From the NCBI GenBank assembly GCA_046725875.1, contig JBKOZJ010000043.1, forward strand, positions 2,608 to 66,607: DNA of 64,000 nt, in the 5' to 3' direction. The notes below the pieces were generated by a model, which made no database searches, was not told where the DNA came from, and worked only from the letters and a program-made list of their open reading frames with translations. Positions 33,614-43,093 of this stretch are shown in pieces (position 1 is the stretch's first letter; the number at the start of each line of letters is the position of its first letter). A program made the position numbers and the translations under genes. Origin of the DNA: Actinomycetota bacterium. GTDB lineage: Bacteria > Actinomycetota > Actinomycetes > JAKEEW01.

Positions 33614-36600
33614 TTGCTGAAGATCATCCGTAGCCTGAAGCAGCGGCGCCGGACGCGCAAGATCGCTCTGGTGATCGAGTTCTTCCTCTCCTTCGTCGTC
33701 GTCGCCTGGTCTGGTCTAGTGGACAGCGAGTGGTACCGGATGCAGTCGGGACTGCGCCGCCCACTGCCGCGACTGATCGCGGCGGCGCACTACATCTTTC
33801 GCGGTCGCCGGCGCGGGCACTCGCCACACCCCCTGTTCGAGCCCGAGTACTTCGATCCCGAGGGTTGGCGCAAGAGCGGCCTCGATCCCTTCGCGAAGTA
33901 CTTGCGCAACCCGAAGAACTGGCGCAAACCGACTCACCCGTGGTTCGACGGTTCCGTCCACATGAATGCGGCTCCTGAGGCGCGCTCGCACCGATGGGGA
34001 CCGCTCGGTCATTTCCTCGCATCGGCAAGCCCGCAGGCGCCGCTCCCCGTGGCCCGGCCCACGTCCGGCAGTACCGCGCCCACCTGGAACGCCGGGCGGA
34101 GTGTGCTGTTTGACCAGCTGCGCAGTCATCTGCACGAGGAACACTTGCGGCGAGAAGTCCGGGTATCCGCGACCTATGACCGCAGGCGGGAGAGTCGCTT
34201 CCGGCACCGCTGGCAATCTGCCCCGCTGCCGGAGGCGGACTCGGGTGCGCCGATCGTCTCCGTCGTACTTCCCGTGTGGAACCGTGCCGAGGCGGTCCAG
34301 GCCGCCATCGCGTCCGTTCAGGCCCAGACGCTGGCGGACTGGGAGCTCCTGGTTGTGGACGACGGCTCCACGGACGGCACCGCGGCCGTCGTGGAGGCGA
34401 TCGCGGCGACGGACCGGCGTATCAAGCTGTTCCGCCAACCGCACGGCGGGGTTTGCCGCGCCCGCAACCGGGGGCTGGATCACGCCTGCGGCCGGTACGT
34501 GGCGTTCCTCGACTCCGACAACACGTTCCGTCCCTACTTCCTCAGGACTGCTCTGGCTGCTATGTCCGGACAGGGCTGGCGACTGGCGTACGCCGCCATG
34601 GAGATTCGCGATGGGCGGATGGTGCGGTACCGGGCGCTCGATGCGGGCCGTGAACAGCTCCAGATCCGCAACCACATCGACCTGAACGTCGTGGTCGCGG
34701 AGCGTGCACTCGTCGACGAGGTGGGGCGATTCGACGAGCAGCTCAGACGAACCGTCGACTACGACCTCGTGCTGCGCATGGACCGCGTCTATCCCATCAG
34801 ATACCTGCCCTTCGTGGGCACCATCCACGATCATTCCGACGGCGATCCCGACCGCATCACCACCCGAGAGCCGAACTCGTGGCTGGAGGTGGTGCAGAAC
34901 AAGAACTTCATCGACTGGCCGGCCCAGACCTCGGGCCGGGTCGAGGGGCGCATATCGGTCCTGGTCCCAACCTACGAGGACTGGCGGTTTACCGAGCAAT
35001 GCCTCCAGTCCCTGATCGGCGAGTCCGGCGCACACGATCTGGAGATCGTCGTGCTCGACAACGCATCCCGGCGCTCCGTCGGGTCGATCCTGCGGGCCTT
35101 GTCCGCGACAAATCCGCGAATCCGGCTTGTTCGAGAGCCAACAAACCGGAACTTCGCGCTCGGCTCTAACCTGGCATTCGCCGAGTCGACCGGCGAGACC
35201 GTCCTGTTCATCAACAACGACACCGAAGTCCAGCCCGGCTGGCTCGAGCCGTTGCTGGCGGCGCTGGACAACCAGAACGTATTGGCAGCGCAGCCGCTGC
35301 TGCTGTACGCGGACGGCAGCATCCAGTGCGCGGGCGTGGCGTTCGTAGCGCGAAGCGTCTTCCCAGTTCCCTTCCTCGCACATCATCCAATGGAGGACGC
35401 CCGGCGGGTGGGGCGCTCGTTCTTCGTGTCGGCTCTCACCGGAGCGGCGATTGCACTACGCGCCGAGGACTTCGCTGCCCTCCGCGGGTTTGATCCGATC
35501 TATCGGAACGGCTGGGAGGACATCGACCTGTGCCTGCGGCTGAGCCAACTCCGACCCGGCTCCTTCGTGGTCTCTACCGACAGCGTGGTCATCCACTCCG
35601 AGGGCAAGGCCGGCGGACGTAGCAAGCACACCACCAATCGGAAGATCTTCCGGGAGCGTTGGCGCGGCCGCGTGCCCCCTGGCGACGAACACCTCTGGCA
35701 GGCAGCCGGTTTCACCGTGACCCACTATCAGGTCGACAAGTCGCCCGGGCGCGCCCGCCCTGAGCTGGCTCGACCCGTTCTCACGCGGGAGACCGGACAG
35801 GTGCTCGACGGCCCGGCGAAGGGCGAGCCCGCCTTCCGGTGGGCTATCAAGATCGGAGCGCCGGCAGGCAGAGCTGGTCTGTGGTGGGGAGACCGTCATT
35901 TTGCGCGAGCGCTCGGGGCCGCCCTGGAGGGGCTCGGGCAGCAGGTCGTCATCGACTCACGAGGAGCCGCCGACCGGGACAGCTCGTATCTCGACGACGT
36001 AGTACTCGTCCTGCGCGGGCTGGTCAGCGTGGTCCCTCAGCCCGGCCGGGTCAATCTGCTCTGGGTGATCAGCCATCCGGATCTGGTTCAGCCGGAGGAA
36101 ATGTCGTCGTACGACGCCGCGTTCGCCGCGAGCCCACAGTGGGCCGCCCGCATGTCCGGCGATTTGGGATATCCGGTCGAGACGCTGTTGCAGTGCACGG
36201 ATCCCGCGCGGTTTCACCCCGGCGTCGCCAAGCCGGACACCGGAGACCGGGTCTTGTTCATCGGCAACTCGCGTAACGTGGTCCGGCCGATCGTCCACGA
36301 CGCGATAGAGGCGGGAGCCGACGTTGCCATCTACGGCACGCTGTGGGATCGGTTCATCGATCGTCGCTACATCCGAGGCACCTACCTTCCCAACAAGCAG
36401 GTGCCGGCCGCCTACCGGTCCGCTGGGGTCCTGCTCAACGACCACTGGGACGATATGCGGCGGGAGGGGTTTCTCTCCAACCGGCTGTTCGACGCGGCGG
36501 CGGTCGGAGCCAGGGTTGTCAGCGACGAGATGCCCGGACTCGAAGAGGTCTTCGGCGCGCTTGTGCGCACCTACCGAACCGTCGACGAGCTCCGCGACGT

Positions 36601-36736
36601 GCTGACTCGTCCCGAGGAGGCGTTTCCTGCTGAGGAAGAGCGGCTGCGTCTCGCCGAGCGGGTCCGGCGAGAGCATTCGTTCGATGTCCGGGCCCGGGCC
36701 CTGCTCGACGCCGCAGTGCGGCTATGGAAGCAATGA
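33614..36736 (+). CDS. Multidomain glycosyltransferase (repeat domain + GT2 + GT2 + GT-B/CgeB-like)
   Basis: GGAGGA RBS + TTG 33614; VSVVLPVWN..VVDDGSTD..FLDSD; ISVLVPTY..FINNDT..WEDIDLC; LNDHWDDM..SNRLFD. Confidence 0.88.
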   Translation: MLKIIRSLKQRRRTRKIALVIEFFLSFVVVAWSGLVDSEWYRMQSGLRRPLPRLIAAAHYIFRGRRRGHSPHPLFEPEYFDPEGWRKSGLDPFAKYLRNPKNWRKPTHPWFDGSVHMNAAPEARSHRWGPLGHFLASASPQAPLPVARPTSGSTAPTWNAGRSVLFDQLRSHLHEEHLRREVRVSATYDRRRESRFRHRWQSAPLPEADSGAPIVSVVLPVWNRAEAVQAAIASVQAQTLADWELLVVDDGSTDGTAAVVEAIAATDRRIKLFRQPHGGVCRARNRGLDHACGRYVAFLDSDNTFRPYFLRTALAAMSGQGWRLAYAAMEIRDGRMVRYRALDAGREQLQIRNHIDLNVVVAERALVDEVGRFDEQLRRTVDYDLVLRMDRVYPIRYLPFVGTIHDHSDGDPDRITTREPNSWLEVVQNKNFIDWPAQTSGRVEGRISVLVPTYEDWRFTEQCLQSLIGESGAHDLEIVVLDNASRRSVGSILRALSATNPRIRLVREPTNRNFALGSNLAFAESTGETVLFINNDTEVQPGWLEPLLAALDNQNVLAAQPLLLYADGSIQCAGVAFVARSVFPVPFLAHHPMEDARRVGRSFFVSALTGAAIALRAEDFAALRGFDPIYRNGWEDIDLCLRLSQLRPGSFVVSTDSVVIHSEGKAGGRSKHTTNRKIFRERWRGRVPPGDEHLWQAAGFTVTHYQVDKSPGRARPELARPVLTRETGQVLDGPAKGEPAFRWAIKIGAPAGRAGLWWGDRHFARALGAALEGLGQQVVIDSRGAADRDSSYLDDVVLVLRGLVSVVPQPGRVNLLWVISHPDLVQPEEMSSYDAAFAASPQWAARMSGDLGYPVETLLQCTDPARFHPGVAKPDTGDRVLFIGNSRNVVRPIVHDAIEAGADVAIYGTLWDRFIDRRYIRGTYLPNKQVPAAYRSAGVLLNDHWDDMRREGFLSNRLFDAAAVGARVVSDEMPGLEEVFGALVRTYRTVDELRDVLTRPEEAFPAEEERLRLAERVRREHSFDVRARALLDAAVRLWKQ

Positions 36737-36795
36737 CCCCGAGCACCTTGGCGGCACGGGAATCGATCAAGCCTTGATCAGCATTGCCGGTCTGC

Positions 36796-36823
36796 TCGAC
36801 AGCGGTTCAGCCGTTGCTACAAT
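36796..36823 (+). promoter_or_regulatory. Probable promoter of the sulfotransferase operon
   Basis: TCGACA-N16-TACAAT with TGn extended -10. Confidence 0.5.
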
Positions 36824-36884
36824 CTTCTGGCCCTGGGGGAGGCGGACCGGCGAGACCCACCAGTAGATTCCGGAGCAAATTGGC

Positions 36885-37661
36885 GTGCAATTGCTTGTCG
36901 TGGGTTCTCACCGTAGCGGCACCTCCTTGCTGACCCAGTTGTTGCACAGTGGTGGGTTGTTCGTCGGTGATGACCTCCTTGGAGCGCTGCCCTCGAATCC
37001 GTATGGGCACTTCGAGGATCGCGAAGTCCTCGAACTACACCGGGAGATCATGTCCGACCACGGCGTGAACTGGCAGGTTGACGAGGTGCAGGAGTTCTAC
37101 ATCGCCCCTCGATACTGGCGACAGATGCAGGAGTTCGCGCAAAAGCGAGCGGCCAAGCACCGCAACTGGGGATTCAAGGACCCGCGGGTGTGCTTGTTCC
37201 TGGGCGCGTGGAAGTACGTCCTGCCCGACGCGCGGTTCGTCATTGTCTACCGGGATCCGGCCGACTGCGTACGTTCCATGGAGAGCCGCCAGGCCGGGGA
37301 CTACTTCCGCGGAGCCGGTAATGCCGGGCATCACCTCCGGTTCTTCAATAGGCCCGATCATGGATTGCGGCTGTGGGACGTCTACAATCGCTCAGCCGTC
37401 GCCTTTGCCCGGCGCCATCTCGATGACTGCTTGGTGCTCCCCTTCACCCACCTGCAGAGCGGGTATCCCGTGATCCGAAGGATCAACGAGAGGTTCGGCG
37501 GAGACCTTCAGGAGGTGTCCACCGAAGCGGTATTCGACGCGAATGTCACCGACGGCCGACGTTATCGGCAGTGGGTCCACGATGCTGCTGTGGCCGCCCG
37601 CGTCACGGCGACCTGGCGCAACCTCGAGGAGCTCAGCTTGCAAACGGAGGCAGCCCTGTGA
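36885..37661 (+). CDS. Sulfotransferase-family protein
   Basis: GSHRSGTSLL (5'-PSB loop), NPYGHFED, WGFKDPR, YRDP...SM (3'-PB). Confidence 0.87.
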   Translation: MQLLVVGSHRSGTSLLTQLLHSGGLFVGDDLLGALPSNPYGHFEDREVLELHREIMSDHGVNWQVDEVQEFYIAPRYWRQMQEFAQKRAAKHRNWGFKDPRVCLFLGAWKYVLPDARFVIVYRDPADCVRSMESRQAGDYFRGAGNAGHHLRFFNRPDHGLRLWDVYNRSAVAFARRHLDDCLVLPFTHLQSGYPVIRRINERFGGDLQEVSTEAVFDANVTDGRRYRQWVHDAAVAARVTATWRNLEELSLQTEAAL

Positions 37662-37954
37662 TGCGACCGATGCATCAGTCGCAGCCAGATGAGCTGATGA
37701 GCCTGCAGATGGAGAACGAGTTGCTCACCCTCGAGGTGCGCCACCTGCGGGCCCGGCTGCGCGCCGTCGGCGTCGATCCGCAGTCGGCGTCCGGAGGCGA
37801 ATCGGAGGTCGTGCCGAGTCAGTACGAGCAGGCGTACCGCGACGTGCGCTGGCTGATCCGCCGGCTGAACAACTCGCCGGCGGGAATCGTGCTGCGCCGC
37901 CGCGAGGGCTTCCGCGCTCTGGTGAAACGGTATGGCCGGGACGCTGGCAGATGA
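37661..37954 (+). CDS. Small coiled-coil protein (97 aa)
   Basis: TGA/ATG overlap with upstream gene, ATGA overlap with downstream gene; heptads LMSLQMENELLTLEVRHLRARL. Confidence 0.72.
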   Translation: MRPMHQSQPDELMSLQMENELLTLEVRHLRARLRAVGVDPQSASGGESEVVPSQYEQAYRDVRWLIRRLNNSPAGIVLRRREGFRALVKRYGRDAGR

Positions 37955-39192
37955 TCGCGACCTCGCTGTTGGTCGACCCGCCGGTCGGCGGCCGGCTTGT
38001 GTGGGCGGGCCGGACAACGGTGGCCCCGGACGGCGCGGTCGACGGTTGGAGCTGTGACCAGGCCGGCTTGCTGGCCATGCTCGACCAGGCCAGCGAGCTC
38101 GTCGTGCTGGACGCGCTGAGCTTCCCTTGGGATTCATTGCGCAACTCCGACCGCGACGTCCCGGTGGTGGTCGCCCTGCCCCCTGAGTGTGACGCGGCAA
38201 CGCTCAACGTCGTGCTCGGCCAGCCGCTGTTGCGACATCTGACGCCATATGACCGCCTAATCGATCCACGTCCTGACGTCCGGGCGGTCCTCCAGCGACG
38301 CTGGGGGCTCGCCGAGGAGAACTGGCTGCACGTCGACGGGGCCACGCCCGAGGCGGTGCTCGCCGCCCTGGTCGAGCGCAGCAACGATCGTCTTGTCGAC
38401 ATCACCACTGACATCGGCACCTTCCGCACACAGATAGACGACCTGATCACCCGGCAGCTCACCGAGTGGGGCGCACACGAGCGGGGCTCCCTTAACGTGC
38501 TGCTGGCCTTGGTCGAGCCGGACGACGTGATCATCGATGTCGGCGCGCACATCGGAACGTTCGCGGTGCCCTTGGCGCAGCGGCTCGGTTACGGCGGGCA
38601 CTTGGTAGCCATCGAGGGCAGCCGGACGAACGCCGCGTTGCTCGCTCATAATGTGGCGATCAACGGGCTCGAGGACAGGATCACGGTGCTTGAGCGGGTG
38701 CTCGGGAGGAAGGGCGCGCCGGCCGTACAGGCACGCCTGACGCCGGGCAACACGGGGGCCGTATCGTTCGAGCAAGCAGGTTGGTCGACCGTCGGACAGG
38801 TGTTCCGGGTGCCGCTGGACGACCTCATGGCCGAGGTCGACCAGGTCCATACCGCCTCCGTTCTCAAGGTCGACGTGGAAGGCTCCGAGCTGGCAGTCCT
38901 GGAGGGCGCCGAAACGTTGGTGGACCGTGATCGGCCGATCCTCATGCTCGAGGTCTCCCGGGACCAGCTGTCCCGGCACGGTACGAGCGTCGAGCGCCTT
39001 GATCGTTGGTTCGCCGATCACGACTATCGGACGTTCCTGATCTCCGGACCGCGCCACCTTCGAGGGGCCGACTGGGAGATCGTCTCGCTGGACCGCCTCG
39101 CTGACTGCGAGCAGCCTCTATTCACCGTCGTCGCGATGCCGACCGACTCACCGCGCATGCACGATCTCACGGTCGGGGATACGCATGGGTGA
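37951..39192 (+). CDS. FkbM-family methyltransferase with N-terminal extra domain
   Basis: IIDVGAHIG, LKVDVEGSELAVLEG, PILMLE. Confidence 0.88.
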   Translation: MIATSLLVDPPVGGRLVWAGRTTVAPDGAVDGWSCDQAGLLAMLDQASELVVLDALSFPWDSLRNSDRDVPVVVALPPECDAATLNVVLGQPLLRHLTPYDRLIDPRPDVRAVLQRRWGLAEENWLHVDGATPEAVLAALVERSNDRLVDITTDIGTFRTQIDDLITRQLTEWGAHERGSLNVLLALVEPDDVIIDVGAHIGTFAVPLAQRLGYGGHLVAIEGSRTNAALLAHNVAINGLEDRITVLERVLGRKGAPAVQARLTPGNTGAVSFEQAGWSTVGQVFRVPLDDLMAEVDQVHTASVLKVDVEGSELAVLEGAETLVDRDRPILMLEVSRDQLSRHGTSVERLDRWFADHDYRTFLISGPRHLRGADWEIVSLDRLADCEQPLFTVVAMPTDSPRMHDLTVGDTHG

Positions 39193-39751
39193 CCAGACGC
39201 TGCTGCTGGACCAACCGGACGCGAGGCTGCGTACGCAGAAGGCCGTCTGGCGGCAGCTGCGCGGCGTCTTGGCGGATGTCGTGAGCACGGCGCTAGCCGA
39301 GGCACCGGTCGGCGAGCCGCGGGTAACCCTAATGTGCACGGACCTGAGTCTGGGCCGCATTCTCGCGGTCGATCTCGGCCGCCACGTCAACCTGGTGGAT
39401 CTCACCGAGCCGGCCGGGCCACCCGGAGTGCGCGACCACGTAACTGTCTTGGTGCTGCCGCCGGGTCTGCCTGCCGGCGAGCGCATCGACCATCTGCGCA
39501 AGGCCCATCGCAGGCTGCGCCCGGCCGGATGGCTGGTCGTGGTCGCCACGGTCGTCGCCGCACCAGGCGAGCAGGGTGTTCGCCCGCCATCGATGTCTGA
39601 GCTCATCGAGGAGCTCCAGCGGGCAACCGGAGTCGGTGTGACGATCGAGGAGTTGCGCTCGTTGCGTTGGTCGAACGAACCGATGAGCCGGGGCGTCGTG
39701 ATCTCGGCTACGTGTCTGTCCACTCCGAGGGCAGATGAAGATGGCGCGTAG
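39185..39751 (+). CDS. Hypothetical protein (possibly degenerate SAM-MTase fold)
   Basis: Overlaps both neighbours; LRKAHRRLRPAGWLVV resembles the L(K/R)PGG motif. Confidence 0.6.
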   Translation: MGDQTLLLDQPDARLRTQKAVWRQLRGVLADVVSTALAEAPVGEPRVTLMCTDLSLGRILAVDLGRHVNLVDLTEPAGPPGVRDHVTVLVLPPGLPAGERIDHLRKAHRRLRPAGWLVVVATVVAAPGEQGVRPPSMSELIEELQRATGVGVTIEELRSLRWSNEPMSRGVVISATCLSTPRADEDGA

Positions 39752-40889
39752 TAGCGAGATCGTCGTGTTCTCCAACGACGTGGTACCCGGGATGGGCCTG
39801 CCGGTTGCCGCGCCCGGGCTGCGGGCGTGGGGACTCGCGCTCGGTCTGCGCCGTCACGGTCGTCCGGTCACGCTGGCGGTTCACGAACGGGTCGTCCGAC
39901 GGGCCTGGACACGCAGCATCCCGCCGCCCGCCCCGCCGGGTACGTTCGTCGCGGGTCCACGCGAGGTCGGCGAGCTGATCCGCACCAGGCGGGCCAAGGC
40001 AGCGGTGCTGACGAACTCGAATCACTTCGCGGCGCTCGGTGATGTGGGCGACACGGCGTTGATCTATGACTTCTTCGCGCCCAAGATCCTCGAGCGGGAG
40101 CAGCAGGCGCCGCCCGATCGGCGCGACGTCGAGCTCGATCAACTGCGCAAGCAGAAGCTGGCGGCGCTGCGCCGCAGCAGCGCGGTAGTCATCAACGGGG
40201 CCAAGAAGGTGCCATACGTCATGGACTGGGTCGCCCGGGCAGGCCATGAGCCGGCGACGATTCCGACCGCCGTCGTGAACATGCCGGTCCCGGTCCAAAA
40301 GTCATCGCCGTCCTCGGAGGGTCCGATCCACGCCGTGGTGTCGGGTTACCTGCAGCCGTGGTCGCGGCCGGGGCCCTGGGCGGAGGTCGTCATGCCTTAT
40401 CTCGATGACGGCTCGCTGATCCTCCATCTGCTGGTGAGCCGACACTGGGGAGGTGGTCGCCAGGACGAGGCGTCTCCCGAGACGTTCAACACCTTGGCGC
40501 GCCACCCGGCGGTTCGGCGTCATGGCGCGATGGAGTTCGGTGACTTCCGGCGGTTCATGGCCGGGTGTCACCTCTCGGTAGACCTGTTCGAGCGCAATCC
40601 GGAGCGCGAACTGGCCATGGTCACCCGTACCGCGGTCTCGCTGGCCAGCGGCGTGCCGGTCATCCACGTACCGTTCACCGAGACGAGTGAGTTCATCCGG
40701 ACCCACGATGCCGGCTGGCTGGTGGAAAGCGACGACCTCGCCGGTATCAAGCAGGCGTTCCAGCAGGCGATCTCGGCCAGGGACGTGCTGGCCGGCAAGC
40801 GGGCCGGCGCGGAGCAGGTGGGCATCAACCTCCTGGACCCGGTCATGGCCACGCGGCCACTGCACGAGCTGCTCGAGGACATGCCGTGA
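39741..40889 (+). CDS. Glycosyltransferase (GT-B)
   Basis: AAPGLRAWGLA, ERELAMVTR...LASGVPVIH, AGWLV. Confidence 0.72.
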   Translation: MARSSEIVVFSNDVVPGMGLPVAAPGLRAWGLALGLRRHGRPVTLAVHERVVRRAWTRSIPPPAPPGTFVAGPREVGELIRTRRAKAAVLTNSNHFAALGDVGDTALIYDFFAPKILEREQQAPPDRRDVELDQLRKQKLAALRRSSAVVINGAKKVPYVMDWVARAGHEPATIPTAVVNMPVPVQKSSPSSEGPIHAVVSGYLQPWSRPGPWAEVVMPYLDDGSLILHLLVSRHWGGGRQDEASPETFNTLARHPAVRRHGAMEFGDFRRFMAGCHLSVDLFERNPERELAMVTRTAVSLASGVPVIHVPFTETSEFIRTHDAGWLVESDDLAGIKQAFQQAISARDVLAGKRAGAEQVGINLLDPVMATRPLHELLEDMP

Positions 40890-41917
40890 CCAGCCAGGCA
40901 TCAACGCTGCATCTGCTGACCCCGACCTACAAGCCGGTCGGTGGCGTCGTGAAGATCATGGACTATGCGACTCATGCCCTCGCCGCGGGCTATCACGTCT
41001 CGATTTCGTCGCCGAACCGGTGGGACGCTTCGCTGCCGCTGTTCAACATCGAGCGGTTCCGGGAGCTCCGGCCCGATCGACCGGGTGTGGAGATCCACTC
41101 CGGCAGGAAGCTGGACATCCGCCAGCGTGACCTGGTGTTCGTCTCGCTGCCGACCAACTTCGAGGCGGCATATGCGTCGCTGCCGCGTGGCATGTCTCCC
41201 GAGCGGATCATCCACATCATCCAGAACGTGCGGCACGTGACGCCGTCCTGGCTCGGCGGCTATCCGCTGAGGTTGCTCACCCGCCCCGCAGCACGCATCT
41301 CGACTAACGACATCGTTTCCAACAGAATCCGCCCGTGGCTCGACGAGCGGGCCTATCACGAGGTCATCCCGCTCGGGCATGACCTGGGATACTTCCACCG
41401 CGACCGAACGGCCGGCTTCAGCCGCCCCATCAGGGTCGCTCACACGACCTGGAAGTCCGATATCGGTGACCGAGTCGAAGCGGCTCTCGCCGACTCCGGG
41501 TTCACGTTCCGGGCGATCCGCGAGTCGGTAACATGGCGCGAGCTGCGGTCGCTATACCACTGGGCAGACATCTTCTTGTGCGCGCCCAACCCCGAAGAAG
41601 GGTTCTACATGCCGGGGTTGGAGGCGATGGAGTCCGGTTGCGTCGTCCTGACACCGGATGCCGGCGGCAACATGGCCTACTGCCGGCCGGGTGAGAACTG
41701 CGTGCTGGTCGGCTACGACGACGTTCACGGCTACGTGGAGGCACTCCGGCAGATCCGCACGTGGCAACCCTCGGAGATCGACCGGATCCGCCACGCAGGC
41801 TACGGATCCACCAAGCCGTTCGACCTCGCCGGCGAGCGCGATGCGTTCATCCGGTACCTGAAGGCCTTGTGGAAGCGGATCGACGAGTTCGAGTCGTCGT
41901 ACCGCATGAGGACGTAG
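40886..41917 (+). CDS. GT4 glycosyltransferase
   Basis: GGVVKI, ADIFL, EGFYMPGLEAMESG (EX7E). Confidence 0.88.
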   Translation: MTSQASTLHLLTPTYKPVGGVVKIMDYATHALAAGYHVSISSPNRWDASLPLFNIERFRELRPDRPGVEIHSGRKLDIRQRDLVFVSLPTNFEAAYASLPRGMSPERIIHIIQNVRHVTPSWLGGYPLRLLTRPAARISTNDIVSNRIRPWLDERAYHEVIPLGHDLGYFHRDRTAGFSRPIRVAHTTWKSDIGDRVEAALADSGFTFRAIRESVTWRELRSLYHWADIFLCAPNPEEGFYMPGLEAMESGCVVLTPDAGGNMAYCRPGENCVLVGYDDVHGYVEALRQIRTWQPSEIDRIRHAGYGSTKPFDLAGERDAFIRYLKALWKRIDEFESSYRMRT

Positions 41918-41932
41918 AGAAGAGGCGTAGAA

Positions 41933-43081
41933 ATGCGGCTCAGCGACGGTATTCCCTCCTCGACCACGCACGATCCGCGAGCCGAGCGCAAGCGCGCTGC
42001 GGTCGTCCAGTTCGAGGCAGTCCATGAGGAGGTCATGCCCACGGTGTGCCGCGCACTGATCCTCAACGGTGTTCAGCCGACCGTGTTCGCGAACGCGAGA
42101 ATCCTCGAGAATCGGGGAGACCTCTTCTCGCAGCTGGGGATCGACGACTACAAGGTCAACTACGCCCAGGTCAACGAGCGCAGCGATTGGGACGAGCTGA
42201 AGGAGCGCATAGCCGGCTCGGGCGAGTTCGACTTGCTCGTGCTCAACACATTTCAGCGCGAGGGGATCGCGAAGTGGTCCGAGGCCACGCGGCTGCCGAT
42301 CTTGGGGGTCGTACACAGCCCCAGGAACTTCCTCACCCAGCCGACCTGCGTCGAGCTTGTGCAGAGCCGGCGCGCAACAATCATGACGCTGGCTCCGCAC
42401 GTAACCGCATGGCTGATGGACAAGGACCACCTGCTGTATGGCAACGTGGCGACGATCCCGCCGGTGTACTGGGGTGACCAGCCGGCCGATCCGGTGGAGG
42501 AGTCCGAGTTCCTTGCCCGCCGCCGGATAGCCATCCCCGGTGCGGTGAACTTCGGCAACCGCGATTACCCGGCGGTCCTCGAGACGCTAGCGCAGATGTC
42601 GCGCAAGGAATCCACCGACGCGCTCGAGTTCGTGGTGCTCGGCGGAGGTGTCGACCGGGAGAAGCTGGAGAACCAGGCTGCGGAGTCTGGTCTCGGTGAG
42701 CGGTTCTATTTCGCACCCACGCATCCGGACACCGGCTTCGTCGACCAGGCCACGTATCTGGCCGAGCTGGTCAAGTGCTCGTTCGTTCTCCCGCTGCTGC
42801 CCGAAAACAAGCGTGACTACCGCCTCTACAAGATCTCTGCCGCGCTCTCAACACTGATGGCGTTCGCGATCCCGGCCCTCATCGACCGCTGGACGGAAGC
42901 CGTTTACGGCGTGCCGTGTATCTCCTACCCGGCGGGCCAGATGGCGGCCGGTCTGCAGACCGCTGCCAGCATCGACTACTCGGCTTTCGTCGAGATGAAG
43001 GGACGGCTCACGCGGCTGCGAGATCAGAAGCTCCGCCAGGGAGTCGATGAGATGGCTTTCGCCCTGAGTTGCCTCGATTGA
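41933..43081 (+). CDS. Hypothetical protein, probable divergent GT-B fold
   Basis: AGAGG RBS; IAIPGAVNFGNRDY, FVVLGGG. Confidence 0.6.
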   Translation: MRLSDGIPSSTTHDPRAERKRAAVVQFEAVHEEVMPTVCRALILNGVQPTVFANARILENRGDLFSQLGIDDYKVNYAQVNERSDWDELKERIAGSGEFDLLVLNTFQREGIAKWSEATRLPILGVVHSPRNFLTQPTCVELVQSRRATIMTLAPHVTAWLMDKDHLLYGNVATIPPVYWGDQPADPVEESEFLARRRIAIPGAVNFGNRDYPAVLETLAQMSRKESTDALEFVVLGGGVDREKLENQAAESGLGERFYFAPTHPDTGFVDQATYLAELVKCSFVLPLLPENKRDYRLYKISAALSTLMAFAIPALIDRWTEAVYGVPCISYPAGQMAAGLQTAASIDYSAFVEMKGRLTRLRDQKLRQGVDEMAFALSCLD

Positions 43082-43093
43082 GCCGGGAGAGCG

